64,000 nucleotides of DNA, from assembly GCA_011364905.1 (NCBI GenBank), contig RDNZ01000009.1:13761-77760 (forward strand). Reading direction: 5' to 3'. Both the position numbers and the translations under genes were made by a program. This document shows positions 37,500 through 45,404 of the stretch, one piece after another. This stretch comes from Candidatus Thorarchaeota archaeon (lineage in GTDB: Archaea > Asgardarchaeota > Thorarchaeia > Thorarchaeales > Thorarchaeaceae). Each line of letters begins with the position of its first letter. Position 1 is the stretch's first letter. The notes under the pieces are model-generated. The model was not told where the DNA came from and did no database searches. It saw nothing but the letters and a program-made list of their open reading frames with translations.

Positions 37500-38411
37500 A
37501 TCAGCCGTAAGAGATGGGGTAAATCAGCCGTAAAGACCGAGAGAATAATACGGGATGCGATTCCAAAACCTGAGACCGAAACAGGAATTGACGAATATCT
37601 CGCGAAAGCAAAATCCATCACCTGCTATGATCTTGCTAATCGGTTCAATATTCGAATGAGCGTGGCCCGAAAGATTCTCAGAGAGAAGGAAGGTGAAGGC
37701 GTTGTTGTCCCATACATACGTGAAGGCGGATTTGTTGTTTATACCACGCCTGAAGAAGTCGAGAAGAGAGAAGAAGGCGCTCCCATAGTAGTAGCTGATG
37801 CTCTGGAAGAAGTTGCATCAAGTGTTCCAGAAACACCAGTGATTACCGATGAGATGGAAATCGCACTGGCTGCCGCATCCGGTCCTGAGGCTGTAAAACC
37901 CAGCAGACTTGCTCGCAAACGAAGAGAGGCTGGAGAAAAGAAAGAGCGGAAGGACACACGACCTGAGGTTGTTGTTGAGCCCCTGGAACCGGCTGAACGT
38001 CAACCTGAACCAGAATCAGAACGGGAAGAAAAACCTGCGAAGAAAACAGCTCCTAAGAAGCCTGCTCCCAAGAAGACAACAAAGAAGACAGCTTCTAAAA
38101 CAGCTGCGAAGAAGGATGACAAAAAGAAGCCTGCTCCCAAGAAGACAACAAAGAAGGCTGATGAGAAGGAAAAGGCTCCCAAGAAGACAGCTTCTAAAAC
38201 AGCTGCGAAGAAGGACGATAAAAAGAAGCCTGCTCCCAAGAAGACAACAAAGAAGGCTGATGAGAAGGAAAAGGCTCCCAAGAAAAAAGCTTCTAAAACT
38301 GCTGCGAAGAAAGATGACAAAAAGAAGCCTGCTCCTAAGAAGGCAACGAAAAAAGCTGATAAAGATAAGGCGTCATCCAAGAAGAAAAGCGACTCAAAGA
38401 AGAAGTCTTGA
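37500..38411 (+). CDS. rps25e: 30S ribosomal protein eS25 with long Lys/Ala/Pro-rich C-terminal extension; non-canonical start
   Basis: In-frame extension upstream of the track's ATG gives SRKRWGKSAVKTERIIRDA...KSITCYDLANRFNIRMSVARKILRE...VVYT, matching eS25. In-frame stop at 37470; no ATG/GTG/TTG before 37656; AGGAGAG SD at 37485. Confidence 0.85.
   Translation: MSRKRWGKSAVKTERIIRDAIPKPETETGIDEYLAKAKSITCYDLANRFNIRMSVARKILREKEGEGVVVPYIREGGFVVYTTPEEVEKREEGAPIVVADALEEVASSVPETPVITDEMEIALAAASGPEAVKPSRLARKRREAGEKKERKDTRPEVVVEPLEPAERQPEPESEREEKPAKKTAPKKPAPKKTTKKTASKTAAKKDDKKKPAPKKTTKKADEKEKAPKKTASKTAAKKDDKKKPAPKKTTKKADEKEKAPKKKASKTAAKKDDKKKPAPKKATKKADKDKASSKKKSDSKKKS
38082..38378 (+). repeat. About three tandem copies of a 99-bp (33-aa) repeat in the eS25 tail
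   Basis: KKTASKTAAKKDDKKKPAPKKTTKKADEKEKAP units start at 38082, 38181 and 38280 and are nearly identical in DNA; the third diverges at its end. Confidence 0.9.
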
Positions 38412-38552
38412 GATTTGGGATTCGTTCATCCAAGTCTAGCGTGTACAGTTTTGCCCTTCGGGACGTAAACCTACGCAAGAAGTGAAGAAACAGAATAAGG
38501 GTTGCCTCGCACTCTTCTATCGTTCTGAAAGCCTCGAGTGCGAGTCAACTTC
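38411..38552 (+). other. Three consecutive hairpins between convergent genes (terminators or structured RNA)
   Basis: AGATTTGG/CCAAGTCT; a cUUCGg-capped stem (38439-38476); CTCGCACTC/GAGTGCGAG (38506-38544). Confidence 0.5.
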
Positions 38553-38575
38553 AGTAACCTGGATTAAACCTAGCA

Positions 38576-39166
38576 TTACTTCAGAGCAGAAATTTGCTTG
38601 TCAACATCCTCAAGCTGAGTATCAAGTTCAGACTCCTTTGTCTTGTACTCATCTTCAGGAATGTAACCTCGCATGTAGTCAAACCGTAAGTCTGTAAGTT
38701 GAGCTTTCAGTTTGTCTTTCTGCTGGAGTAGGAAGTCCAACTGATCACTGCCTTCCGCAGGTGCGGCCTCGGCAGCAGGAGCTGGTGCTGGTTCCATAGA
38801 TGGTGCTGGTTCCGTAGCTGGTTCTGGAGCAGGCGCCGGTTCAGGAGCTTCTACAACCTCCGGTGTTGGCTCGGGTGCTGGAGCTGTAACCTCCGGCTGC
38901 GGCGCAGGTTGAGGTGCAGGAGCCGGAGTCTCAACTTTTGGGGCATCTGTCTTGACGCTTTCCATTTTCTCCATATTCTGCCTCAGAACTTCAATCTGAT
39001 TGGCTATCTCAGCAAAGCTGTCATTAATCGTCTGATTGATAGACATCTTCATCTTCGCGAAGTTTTCAGCCAGTTGATCCGCAAGCTTTTTTGTTTCAGC
39101 AACGTTCTCGGCGAAGCCTTCTATTTCTTTTAGTTTCTCCATCATAGCTTGAATATCAAAGGACAT
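38576..39166 (-). CDS. Coiled-coil protein with Pro/Ala/Glu linker and C-terminal CdvA/SHOCT-like hairpin
   Basis: N-terminal heptads, PAPAPEP-type linker, C-terminal LRFDYMRGYIPEDEYKTKESEL. Confidence 0.75.
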   Translation of the reverse strand: MSFDIQAMMEKLKEIEGFAENVAETKKLADQLAENFAKMKMSINQTINDSFAEIANQIEVLRQNMEKMESVKTDAPKVETPAPAPQPAPQPEVTAPAPEPTPEVVEAPEPAPAPEPATEPAPSMEPAPAPAAEAAPAEGSDQLDFLLQQKDKLKAQLTDLRFDYMRGYIPEDEYKTKESELDTQLEDVDKQISALK

Positions 39167-39256
39167 GTATTGTCACCAAAGTCGGCTAATTATATGGAAC
39201 ATCATTACATTTCGTTCTTAACCTTTGCCTTGACGAATATGTAGCGGATATTCATA

Positions 39257-40108
39257 TTAAGCGACTTTTGCTTCAGCCTTGCCTTCCAAAATAGCTCTAC
39301 GAATAATCTGAATGAGTCTATCTCTGTATGAAATATCAATCGCAACCAGCTCGTATGTTGGAATTCCGAGGATTTGACCAACCCTCTCTGGTGTCAAAGC
39401 TGTTGGAAGGTCTTGTTTATTGGCAATCCCAATTACCTTGGCATCAGGGACCTCGTCTTTGACAAGTGTCACCAGCTTCTTGCTTCGCAACACATTTTCA
39501 AGCGTACTGTCTGTGACTATTATTACAACCTGCGCATTGGCAATCATTTTTGCCCATAGAATGCTGAATCGGGATTGACCCGCCAGATCCCAAAGGACGA
39601 TATTTGCATTCTCAACTTCCTCAGGCAGTTTTTTGATAGACACACCGATTGTCGGATCGTGGACAAGTGGAAGAGTTTCTCCGCGGAGAAGGTGAAGTGT
39701 TGTGGTCTTTCCGACTCCAGCGAATCCCAATATAGCTACCTTGACCATTGTGACTGCAATCTCGTCGACTTTGTCATCGAATCCATCCAAGGGCTGATTT
39801 GCAGAGGCCAGATTTGCATAGTCACGCATGAATGAGTCTACCAGTTGTTCCATCTTTTCCTCGATTTGTGTGGAATCGTCTGCTTTGTCAGCAACGAACA
39901 TAAACGTGAAGGAATCCCTCTGTGCAAAGAAGATACGCGAGATTGCTACATTCATGAACTCTGTCTTGTTCTCTAAGTCCACAGTTCCTAGGAATTGAGT
40001 GAGGTTGATCAGAAATTCAACAAGATCAGCCTTCGACTCGCTCTTTGCATAATCCTTAGAATAGAGCATATTCCCCTGTTCGCCAAGCACATACACACTT
40101 CTGATCAT
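39257..40108 (-). CDS. Longin-domain / Arf-like small GTPase fusion
   Basis: N-terminal MIRSVYVLGEQGNMLYSKDY (longin/sigma-adaptin-like). G1 GFAGVGKTT, G2 PTIG, G3 WDLAGQ, G4 NKQD. Confidence 0.9.
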   Translation of the reverse strand: MIRSVYVLGEQGNMLYSKDYAKSESKADLVEFLINLTQFLGTVDLENKTEFMNVAISRIFFAQRDSFTFMFVADKADDSTQIEEKMEQLVDSFMRDYANLASANQPLDGFDDKVDEIAVTMVKVAILGFAGVGKTTTLHLLRGETLPLVHDPTIGVSIKKLPEEVENANIVLWDLAGQSRFSILWAKMIANAQVVIIVTDSTLENVLRSKKLVTLVKDEVPDAKVIGIANKQDLPTALTPERVGQILGIPTYELVAIDISYRDRLIQIIRRAILEGKAEAKVA

Positions 40109-41214
40109 GTTGGTTCACCACAACTTTGCATCAAGAGTTCCAGATGCCTTCGTGCAATTTGAGGTGTTATCTCTTTCTCTGACACCTTTTTCTTTATCAT
40201 AGGTAAAACATACTCTGGAAGGAATGACTCAATTCTTGGATTAGTTAAAAGGGCCCATATGTCCTCATCTTCAAAGTGCACCGCGACTTTTGATGCTTCA
40301 AGCGACCAAAGTACTTTCTTCACAATAGATTCAGGCAGTGCGGTTTTCAAAGCCACTTCTCCTGCAGTGAGCGGCTCAGTACGCAATGCATCGAGAACCA
40401 TGTAGTTCAAGCTATCAGCGAGAAGTCGTGAGATTTTCTCCCGATCCTCCAAGATGGGAGAGTTTGGGTCAGTAAATGGTAAAGTTGGATTGTACCCTTT
40501 ATTTGGTGGCGGGGGCGAGAAAAATGAGGTAACATACTCATTGTATTGATTGGCAATGGCTGGGAGAGTGTGACTTGCTTTCTTAATTGACTCCACAGGA
40601 GGCGCACGATAACCAAAGATGTCCTTCACAAGAAACACCATTTCTGCTGTTTTACCTATCATTTCGACCTTTACGACTCCCGAGTTCATTAGCGGTGCCA
40701 TTGCTTCTCTGAGGTCCACCTCATCCTGAACTTGGTTCTTTAACCAAATTGAAAGTTTGGCCGCCTTCTCAACTCCCTCTGCTTGCATACGTTCCAGAAG
40801 AAGAGCAGATGATGGTGTCAGGAATATCTCAGCAAGCTTTTGCTCTTCGCTTGTCTTTTCCAAGATGCTGCCTGCCTTCACAATCTCCTCAAGATTCACG
40901 GCATCCGCATCTTCATTCATTAGTGCGAGGATTAGGCGTCCCGATCCAGCGAGTCCCTCTGTTACAAGGTCAAATTCCTCCTCTGCACCAAGAACAGTGC
41001 AGACCATCCACTTTGGATATTGAGGAGAGCTGAAGATAGCGATTCTCAATCCTTCTATCTCAGCAAGGCTCAGATTCTCTTTGTTCTCTTTCTGCTGCTC
41101 ATAGAAAATCAGATTCAGGACTTTTTCATTGAGTGTCAATGTTGAAGGATATCTCTGCTTCACAAGGAACCCCTGAAAGTCATCAAGATGAACCACAAAT
41201 GTCGCTTCTGGCAT
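40105..41214 (-). CDS. uDENN/longin-like N-terminal domain plus winged-helix domains (NPRL2/DENN-like)
   Basis: TFVVHLDDFQGFLVKQRYP resembles the uDENN/NPRL2 F-D-x-x-x-G-P...YP start. C-terminal wHTH (PLTAGEVALKTALPESIVKKVLWSLE). ATGA overlap with the GTPase gene. Confidence 0.65.
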   Translation of the reverse strand: MPEATFVVHLDDFQGFLVKQRYPSTLTLNEKVLNLIFYEQQKENKENLSLAEIEGLRIAIFSSPQYPKWMVCTVLGAEEEFDLVTEGLAGSGRLILALMNEDADAVNLEEIVKAGSILEKTSEEQKLAEIFLTPSSALLLERMQAEGVEKAAKLSIWLKNQVQDEVDLREAMAPLMNSGVVKVEMIGKTAEMVFLVKDIFGYRAPPVESIKKASHTLPAIANQYNEYVTSFFSPPPPNKGYNPTLPFTDPNSPILEDREKISRLLADSLNYMVLDALRTEPLTAGEVALKTALPESIVKKVLWSLEASKVAVHFEDEDIWALLTNPRIESFLPEYVLPMIKKKVSEKEITPQIARRHLELLMQSCGEPT

Positions 41215-41295
41215 ATGCCGTCCCACCTATGGAGGTTGCAATATAGACATAAATGTTTGACCCTCATGTAGTGTTCAAAGTAGTATATAGTGAAA

Positions 41296-41655
41296 TTATC
41301 TGCTTTTTCGTTCTTCATCCAGATGTTTGAGACATACTATGTCTCCATTTGGATTTAGAATCCAACACTTTTCGCAGACATATTGCTCACACATTATGCA
41401 GGTGCCCACACGCTGATGAAAGAATTCAAGTCGATGCAGATTAGCTCCCTTGCCATGTTCTTCGCAGAAGCTCTGTCCACATTGAACGCAGGTAAACTGT
41501 TTTCTCATCCCGCAAAAATCGCAGGATAGTCCAGAGATAGCTGATTCATGGATGGACTCTGAGCAATCAGGGTTCTTGCAGATTCCAACACCCTTGTATT
41601 TCCCACAAGACTGGCAAATTGGTAGTAACAGGGGGTCATTTCTTTTTGCTTTCAT
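41296..41655 (-). CDS. Multi-zinc-finger protein (B-box/AN1-like)
   Basis: CQSC, CKNPDC, CDFC, CVQCGQSFCEEH, CIMC, CEKC, CLKH. Confidence 0.8.
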   Translation of the reverse strand: MKAKRNDPLLLPICQSCGKYKGVGICKNPDCSESIHESAISGLSCDFCGMRKQFTCVQCGQSFCEEHGKGANLHRLEFFHQRVGTCIMCEQYVCEKCWILNPNGDIVCLKHLDEERKSR

Positions 41656-41722
41656 AGCGATTGAAATCCTTCAAGGCATATGGGGCGCGTTAAAAACTCC
41701 AGTTGATTCTCCATAAGAAAGT

Positions 41723-44095
41723 ATGAAAAGCATTCCTATGACTCCAACCATAGGAATCAATATGGACCTTGACGGCTGGAACCTCATTGTACCCTCCACT
41801 GCCACTCGGAGACTCCAGTTGGCCGGCGGTCAACAAATGGAACAAGCCGTACCTGAGGATTATGTCGTGGCTGGAATGGTGCTCCGAGCAATTGAGCAGC
41901 GTGAAGGCCGGGAATTGGAGTTCATACTTAAGTGTTACTTACCTATAGCAATCGCAGAATCTCCATTTGCAAACAGAAGCTATCTTGTGGAACTTCTTGG
42001 CTTGACAAGTGAAACCATGATTTACCATAAACAAATCGATATACAATCTCTTGTCAAAGAGTTGGAGACTGACACTGATACAAAGACTCTGTTGAAATGC
42101 GTCAAGGAAGCAAGAGAACTGGTTTCAACTCTAAGAAATACAGAAAGAACAGTGCTACTTGGGCTCATGAGCGGCTTAATTGCGCGAGGTATTGCCCAGG
42201 TCCTCGAGAGACCCTTACGAAACCAAATTGTGGATTATGAGGTTATACTCACCGGTCTTCTGAAACAAAAGGAGTTCCAAAAGACAATCGATATCCTTCA
42301 AGAAACTGCAACATTACTCAGCACAGTCAATGATGACATGACACACACCATTGAACTCATCACATCGAAAGTTGAATCGCTAGTGGAAAGGACAGAAGCA
42401 GAATCAACACCAGTCCTTTCAAGATTAGATCTACGAATCCAATCGTTGCAAAATCAGATAGAAGCCATGGAGTCGGAGTTAACCAAAGTAAAGGCTTCTT
42501 CTTCGGACCAGAAACAAGCACGGATTACTGAGATTCAACAAACACTAAACGCAAGAACCGCAGCACTCAAACGTGACGACGACAGAAGAAACAAGATTCT
42601 TGCGAAGATTCAAGGGTCATCGCGAGAATTACTCATTGACCGTGACAATCTGAAGGCTGAATTTCAAGCAGCGTCAAAGACAATACATGATCAACTGGCT
42701 TCAATTATCGACATGTCTGTCCCAGTCATTCCTCATAGTGTTGGGGACAAAGGAGCACTTGTCCTTTTGCCATTCTTCATTGCAGGCTTCTCCAAGAAAG
42801 GTCAACTTCGAATCGAGATATACCCAGTCTCTCAAATGGTGACTAATGGAGAGAAGGTGAGCCGGAGACGAGATTTCGTGGATGGATTCACAAGTCCTTC
42901 AAGAACCATTGATGCAATAACATCAATGTTGAATGAGCGAGCCAATAATGATGTTACTTTAAGAAAATTCATCCGAGAGTCTTCAGAGAACTTCAACCTT
43001 CTGGCTGTAAAGGAATCAAGAGAACTGATCTTAGAAGGAGCTACCTCTTTAATGGGCGATGGTCTTGTAAAGCAACCCCTTGTTGACGAACTAAGGTCTT
43101 TAATCTCTGGCACACCTGAAGCGAAACCCAAGAAACGAGTGAGGCGTCAAGTGACTCCACTTGTCAGCGATGGCTCCCTCTCGCGAGTGCGATTTCACAT
43201 ACAAGATGAATCTGGGCATCCAATAGAAGGGGCTGAATTGGAACTTGGGGGAATATCCGCTAAGTCCGATGATAAGGGCACAATCGTAGTTTCTATCCCG
43301 TTAAGCAAACATGAAGGAATTGTTCGAGCCGCTGGATATGTCGATAAACCTGTTGAATTCTCTCTAACGTCTTCAGGCGATGTAGCAATTCCAATAATGC
43401 TCAACTCACTTTCCCATGAAGATCACATCGCTGCCAAACTTGACGAGCTCGTAGACAAATCTCGGCGTCTTGACATGATTCGTGAGCGGCTCTGGGAGGC
43501 TTTTGAAACTCAAGGAAGTACCCTGCTCAGTATTCCTGCATATCGCACAGCACTTGCAGAGCTACTCAGTGAGCTTGGTTATGAACCTGAATCTTGGATT
43601 GCTGAAGCGAAGATGAAATCAGGAATGGTGAAACGACTGCTAAAGAGAGATGACCGAACCGATGGCCTGCGTCGCGACATCCTCCGACTAGCTGAGGAGT
43701 CCAAGATGTTTGGAGGAATTATGCTATTCTCGGAGCTTCTCGTCAGATTGGACAATGCAGGATGGGGTACACATGCGGCTGAGATTGAGGACATCATTGA
43801 AGATATGTCCAAAGAAGGGTTGGTCCAAGGTATTTCAAAGATTGAAGGCGGTGCACTCCTCGTAGAGTTTATTCCAGTTGGACTTACAGACGACCCGCAG
43901 GAACTTCTGAGTCTTGCATCCACAAAGGATGGACGTCTAAGTATTGAGGATGCAGTAGTTGAGCTGGGTTGGACTGAAGAACGAGTAAAGAATGCTCTTG
44001 AACTTCTTGTTAAGAATGGCGTAGCAAAAGAGCAACGTAGTTATTCAAAAAGCACACAGTACTGGTTCCCTGGTTTGAGAGGGGGAAAGAAATAA
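41723..44095 (+). CDS. Multidomain ESCRT-II-like protein: coiled coil, Ig-like domain and C-terminal EAP30/Vps22-Vps36 tandem winged helix
   Basis: C-terminus GGIMLFSELL...IPVGLTDDPQELLSLA...LGWTEERVKNALELLVKNGVA...QYWFPGL matches EAP30/Vps22. VRFHIQDESGHPIEGAELEL...AAGYVD is a carboxypeptidase-regulatory Ig-like fold. Confidence 0.85.
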   Translation: MKSIPMTPTIGINMDLDGWNLIVPSTATRRLQLAGGQQMEQAVPEDYVVAGMVLRAIEQREGRELEFILKCYLPIAIAESPFANRSYLVELLGLTSETMIYHKQIDIQSLVKELETDTDTKTLLKCVKEARELVSTLRNTERTVLLGLMSGLIARGIAQVLERPLRNQIVDYEVILTGLLKQKEFQKTIDILQETATLLSTVNDDMTHTIELITSKVESLVERTEAESTPVLSRLDLRIQSLQNQIEAMESELTKVKASSSDQKQARITEIQQTLNARTAALKRDDDRRNKILAKIQGSSRELLIDRDNLKAEFQAASKTIHDQLASIIDMSVPVIPHSVGDKGALVLLPFFIAGFSKKGQLRIEIYPVSQMVTNGEKVSRRRDFVDGFTSPSRTIDAITSMLNERANNDVTLRKFIRESSENFNLLAVKESRELILEGATSLMGDGLVKQPLVDELRSLISGTPEAKPKKRVRRQVTPLVSDGSLSRVRFHIQDESGHPIEGAELELGGISAKSDDKGTIVVSIPLSKHEGIVRAAGYVDKPVEFSLTSSGDVAIPIMLNSLSHEDHIAAKLDELVDKSRRLDMIRERLWEAFETQGSTLLSIPAYRTALAELLSELGYEPESWIAEAKMKSGMVKRLLKRDDRTDGLRRDILRLAEESKMFGGIMLFSELLVRLDNAGWGTHAAEIEDIIEDMSKEGLVQGISKIEGGALLVEFIPVGLTDDPQELLSLASTKDGRLSIEDAVVELGWTEERVKNALELLVKNGVAKEQRSYSKSTQYWFPGLRGGKK

Positions 44096-44140
44096 GACTC
44101 AGCGCTTGTAATGAGTTGATACTCCGATGAGGTTTGAAGA

Positions 44141-44908
44141 ATGAACCGTTTGTCTCACATGGTGTTTGGGTTCTCTCTCTTTGTTGGACTCTATTCTTTG
44201 ATTTATGGGTACAGTGTATGGTCCTCCGAACCGGGAACAGTTTCTGAGCTGCTACAATTCTATATTATTGGCGGGATTGTAACAAGTGTGGTATGTGTTC
44301 CTATTCTGTATCTGAAGGCTCCTAATAGACACATGAAGGCACGGACTACTAGTAACAAAGGTGCGGCTGGTGCGTTATTCTTTGTTACATTTTGCCTTGG
44401 TTCATTGGTAGGTACTCTTGTTTATCAGTGGTATAGCGGCGTGGTGATTATTGGTAACATCTCCATTTTTGTTGGTGCAATTCTGGTAGTTGCTGGTGCG
44501 CTAATGCCCGATTGGGACATTCCTTTTCTTGGCATTGGCAAACATCGGAATATTATCTTTCATTCATTCATTATCCCATCACTAGCTGTCGTCCTAACCA
44601 TGCTCAATGTGGCTGCTAGAACTGGGTCGATTCTGGGTGATGGCGCAGAGGTTGAGTATTATCTCACTGCACTGATTCTCCTCGGATACGCATCCCATCT
44701 CTATCTCGACATCTTCCCAAGCGATGCGAATCCACTCGAAATTCTATGGATAGCTTCGGATCCCAACCACAAGGCTCCGACAGGACTAAAGCCTCTTGGT
44801 CAGCTAAGAATCAGTCCGAAGAAAGCTCGACATTGGTTGGCAGGAAATGCATCTCTCCTATTAATAATAGCAATCTCTCTATTCGCGGCCTACTTTGTCA
44901 ATCTATGA
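44141..44908 (+). CDS. Membrane-bound metal-dependent hydrolase (YdjM/DUF457-like)
   Basis: N-terminal SH, GALMPDWD, HRNIIFHS, GYASHLYLD, multiple TM segments. Confidence 0.8.
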   Translation: MNRLSHMVFGFSLFVGLYSLIYGYSVWSSEPGTVSELLQFYIIGGIVTSVVCVPILYLKAPNRHMKARTTSNKGAAGALFFVTFCLGSLVGTLVYQWYSGVVIIGNISIFVGAILVVAGALMPDWDIPFLGIGKHRNIIFHSFIIPSLAVVLTMLNVAARTGSILGDGAEVEYYLTALILLGYASHLYLDIFPSDANPLEILWIASDPNHKAPTGLKPLGQLRISPKKARHWLAGNASLLLIIAISLFAAYFVNL

Positions 44909-44945
44909 ATCATCTTTCCCATAAGCAATTGACTAGTGCTTTCCT

Positions 44946-45263
44946 CTACCAGTCGTCATCCTCGTCATCGAAATCGAAGTCCTCATCATCTTCGTCATCT
45001 TCATCCATGTCTCGTTCAGGTGGAAGATCACTGAGGTCCTCATCCTCCTCATCATCTTCAAACAGGAAGGTGTCTGGGTCGACTTCGGTTTCCTCTTCCT
45101 CTCCTTCTTCAAGAGGTTTCTGTGGTTTTGCCTTCTTCTTCAGAGGGAGCGCTAAACAAATGTTTTCGACGGGATCAAACCATTCGCATTCAGGACAACA
45201 TTCGCCCTTCGATGTGCATGTTAGGAATGCACCACATCTCTTGCAGCATTTTAGTTCAGACAC
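44946..45263 (-). CDS. Small Cys-rich protein with highly acidic tail
   Basis: CCKRC...C...CCPEC...C (8 Cys), then KKKAKP and a D/E-rich tail. Confidence 0.7.
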   Translation of the reverse strand: MSELKCCKRCGAFLTCTSKGECCPECEWFDPVENICLALPLKKKAKPQKPLEEGEEEETEVDPDTFLFEDDEEDEDLSDLPPERDMDEDDEDDEDFDFDDEDDDW

Positions 45264-45404
45264 GATTCATGCACCTAAGTGCTCTCTCTACCATATGATT
45301 CCTCAAATTTCCCAAATAAACTTCTCCGTGTTGCACTAAATCGTACATGATGAATAGCAACTTGATATATCCAGTCAAAGTTAAATGACACTTCAAGATT
45401 GACC

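Noticed and set aside
38082-38378. Tandem repeats considered as a CRISPR array
   Set aside because: 99-bp in-frame coding repeats with no unique spacers and no cas genes.
37909-38439. Alternative-frame 176-aa Arg/Leu-rich ORF and antisense 126-aa ORF over the repeats
   Set aside because: Shadow frames of the Lys-rich eS25 repeat, which lacks stop codons in other frames.
38409-38552. Selenocysteine readthrough of TGA with a downstream SECIS (also considered for the TGA at 31478)
   Set aside because: Readthrough gives only short non-conserved peptides, there is no selenoprotein context, and the hairpins lack a clear SECIS core.
44746-45339. 197-aa Ser-rich + strand ORF
   Set aside because: Antisense shadow of the acidic Cys-rich gene; poly-Ser mirrors the GAY/GAR codons.
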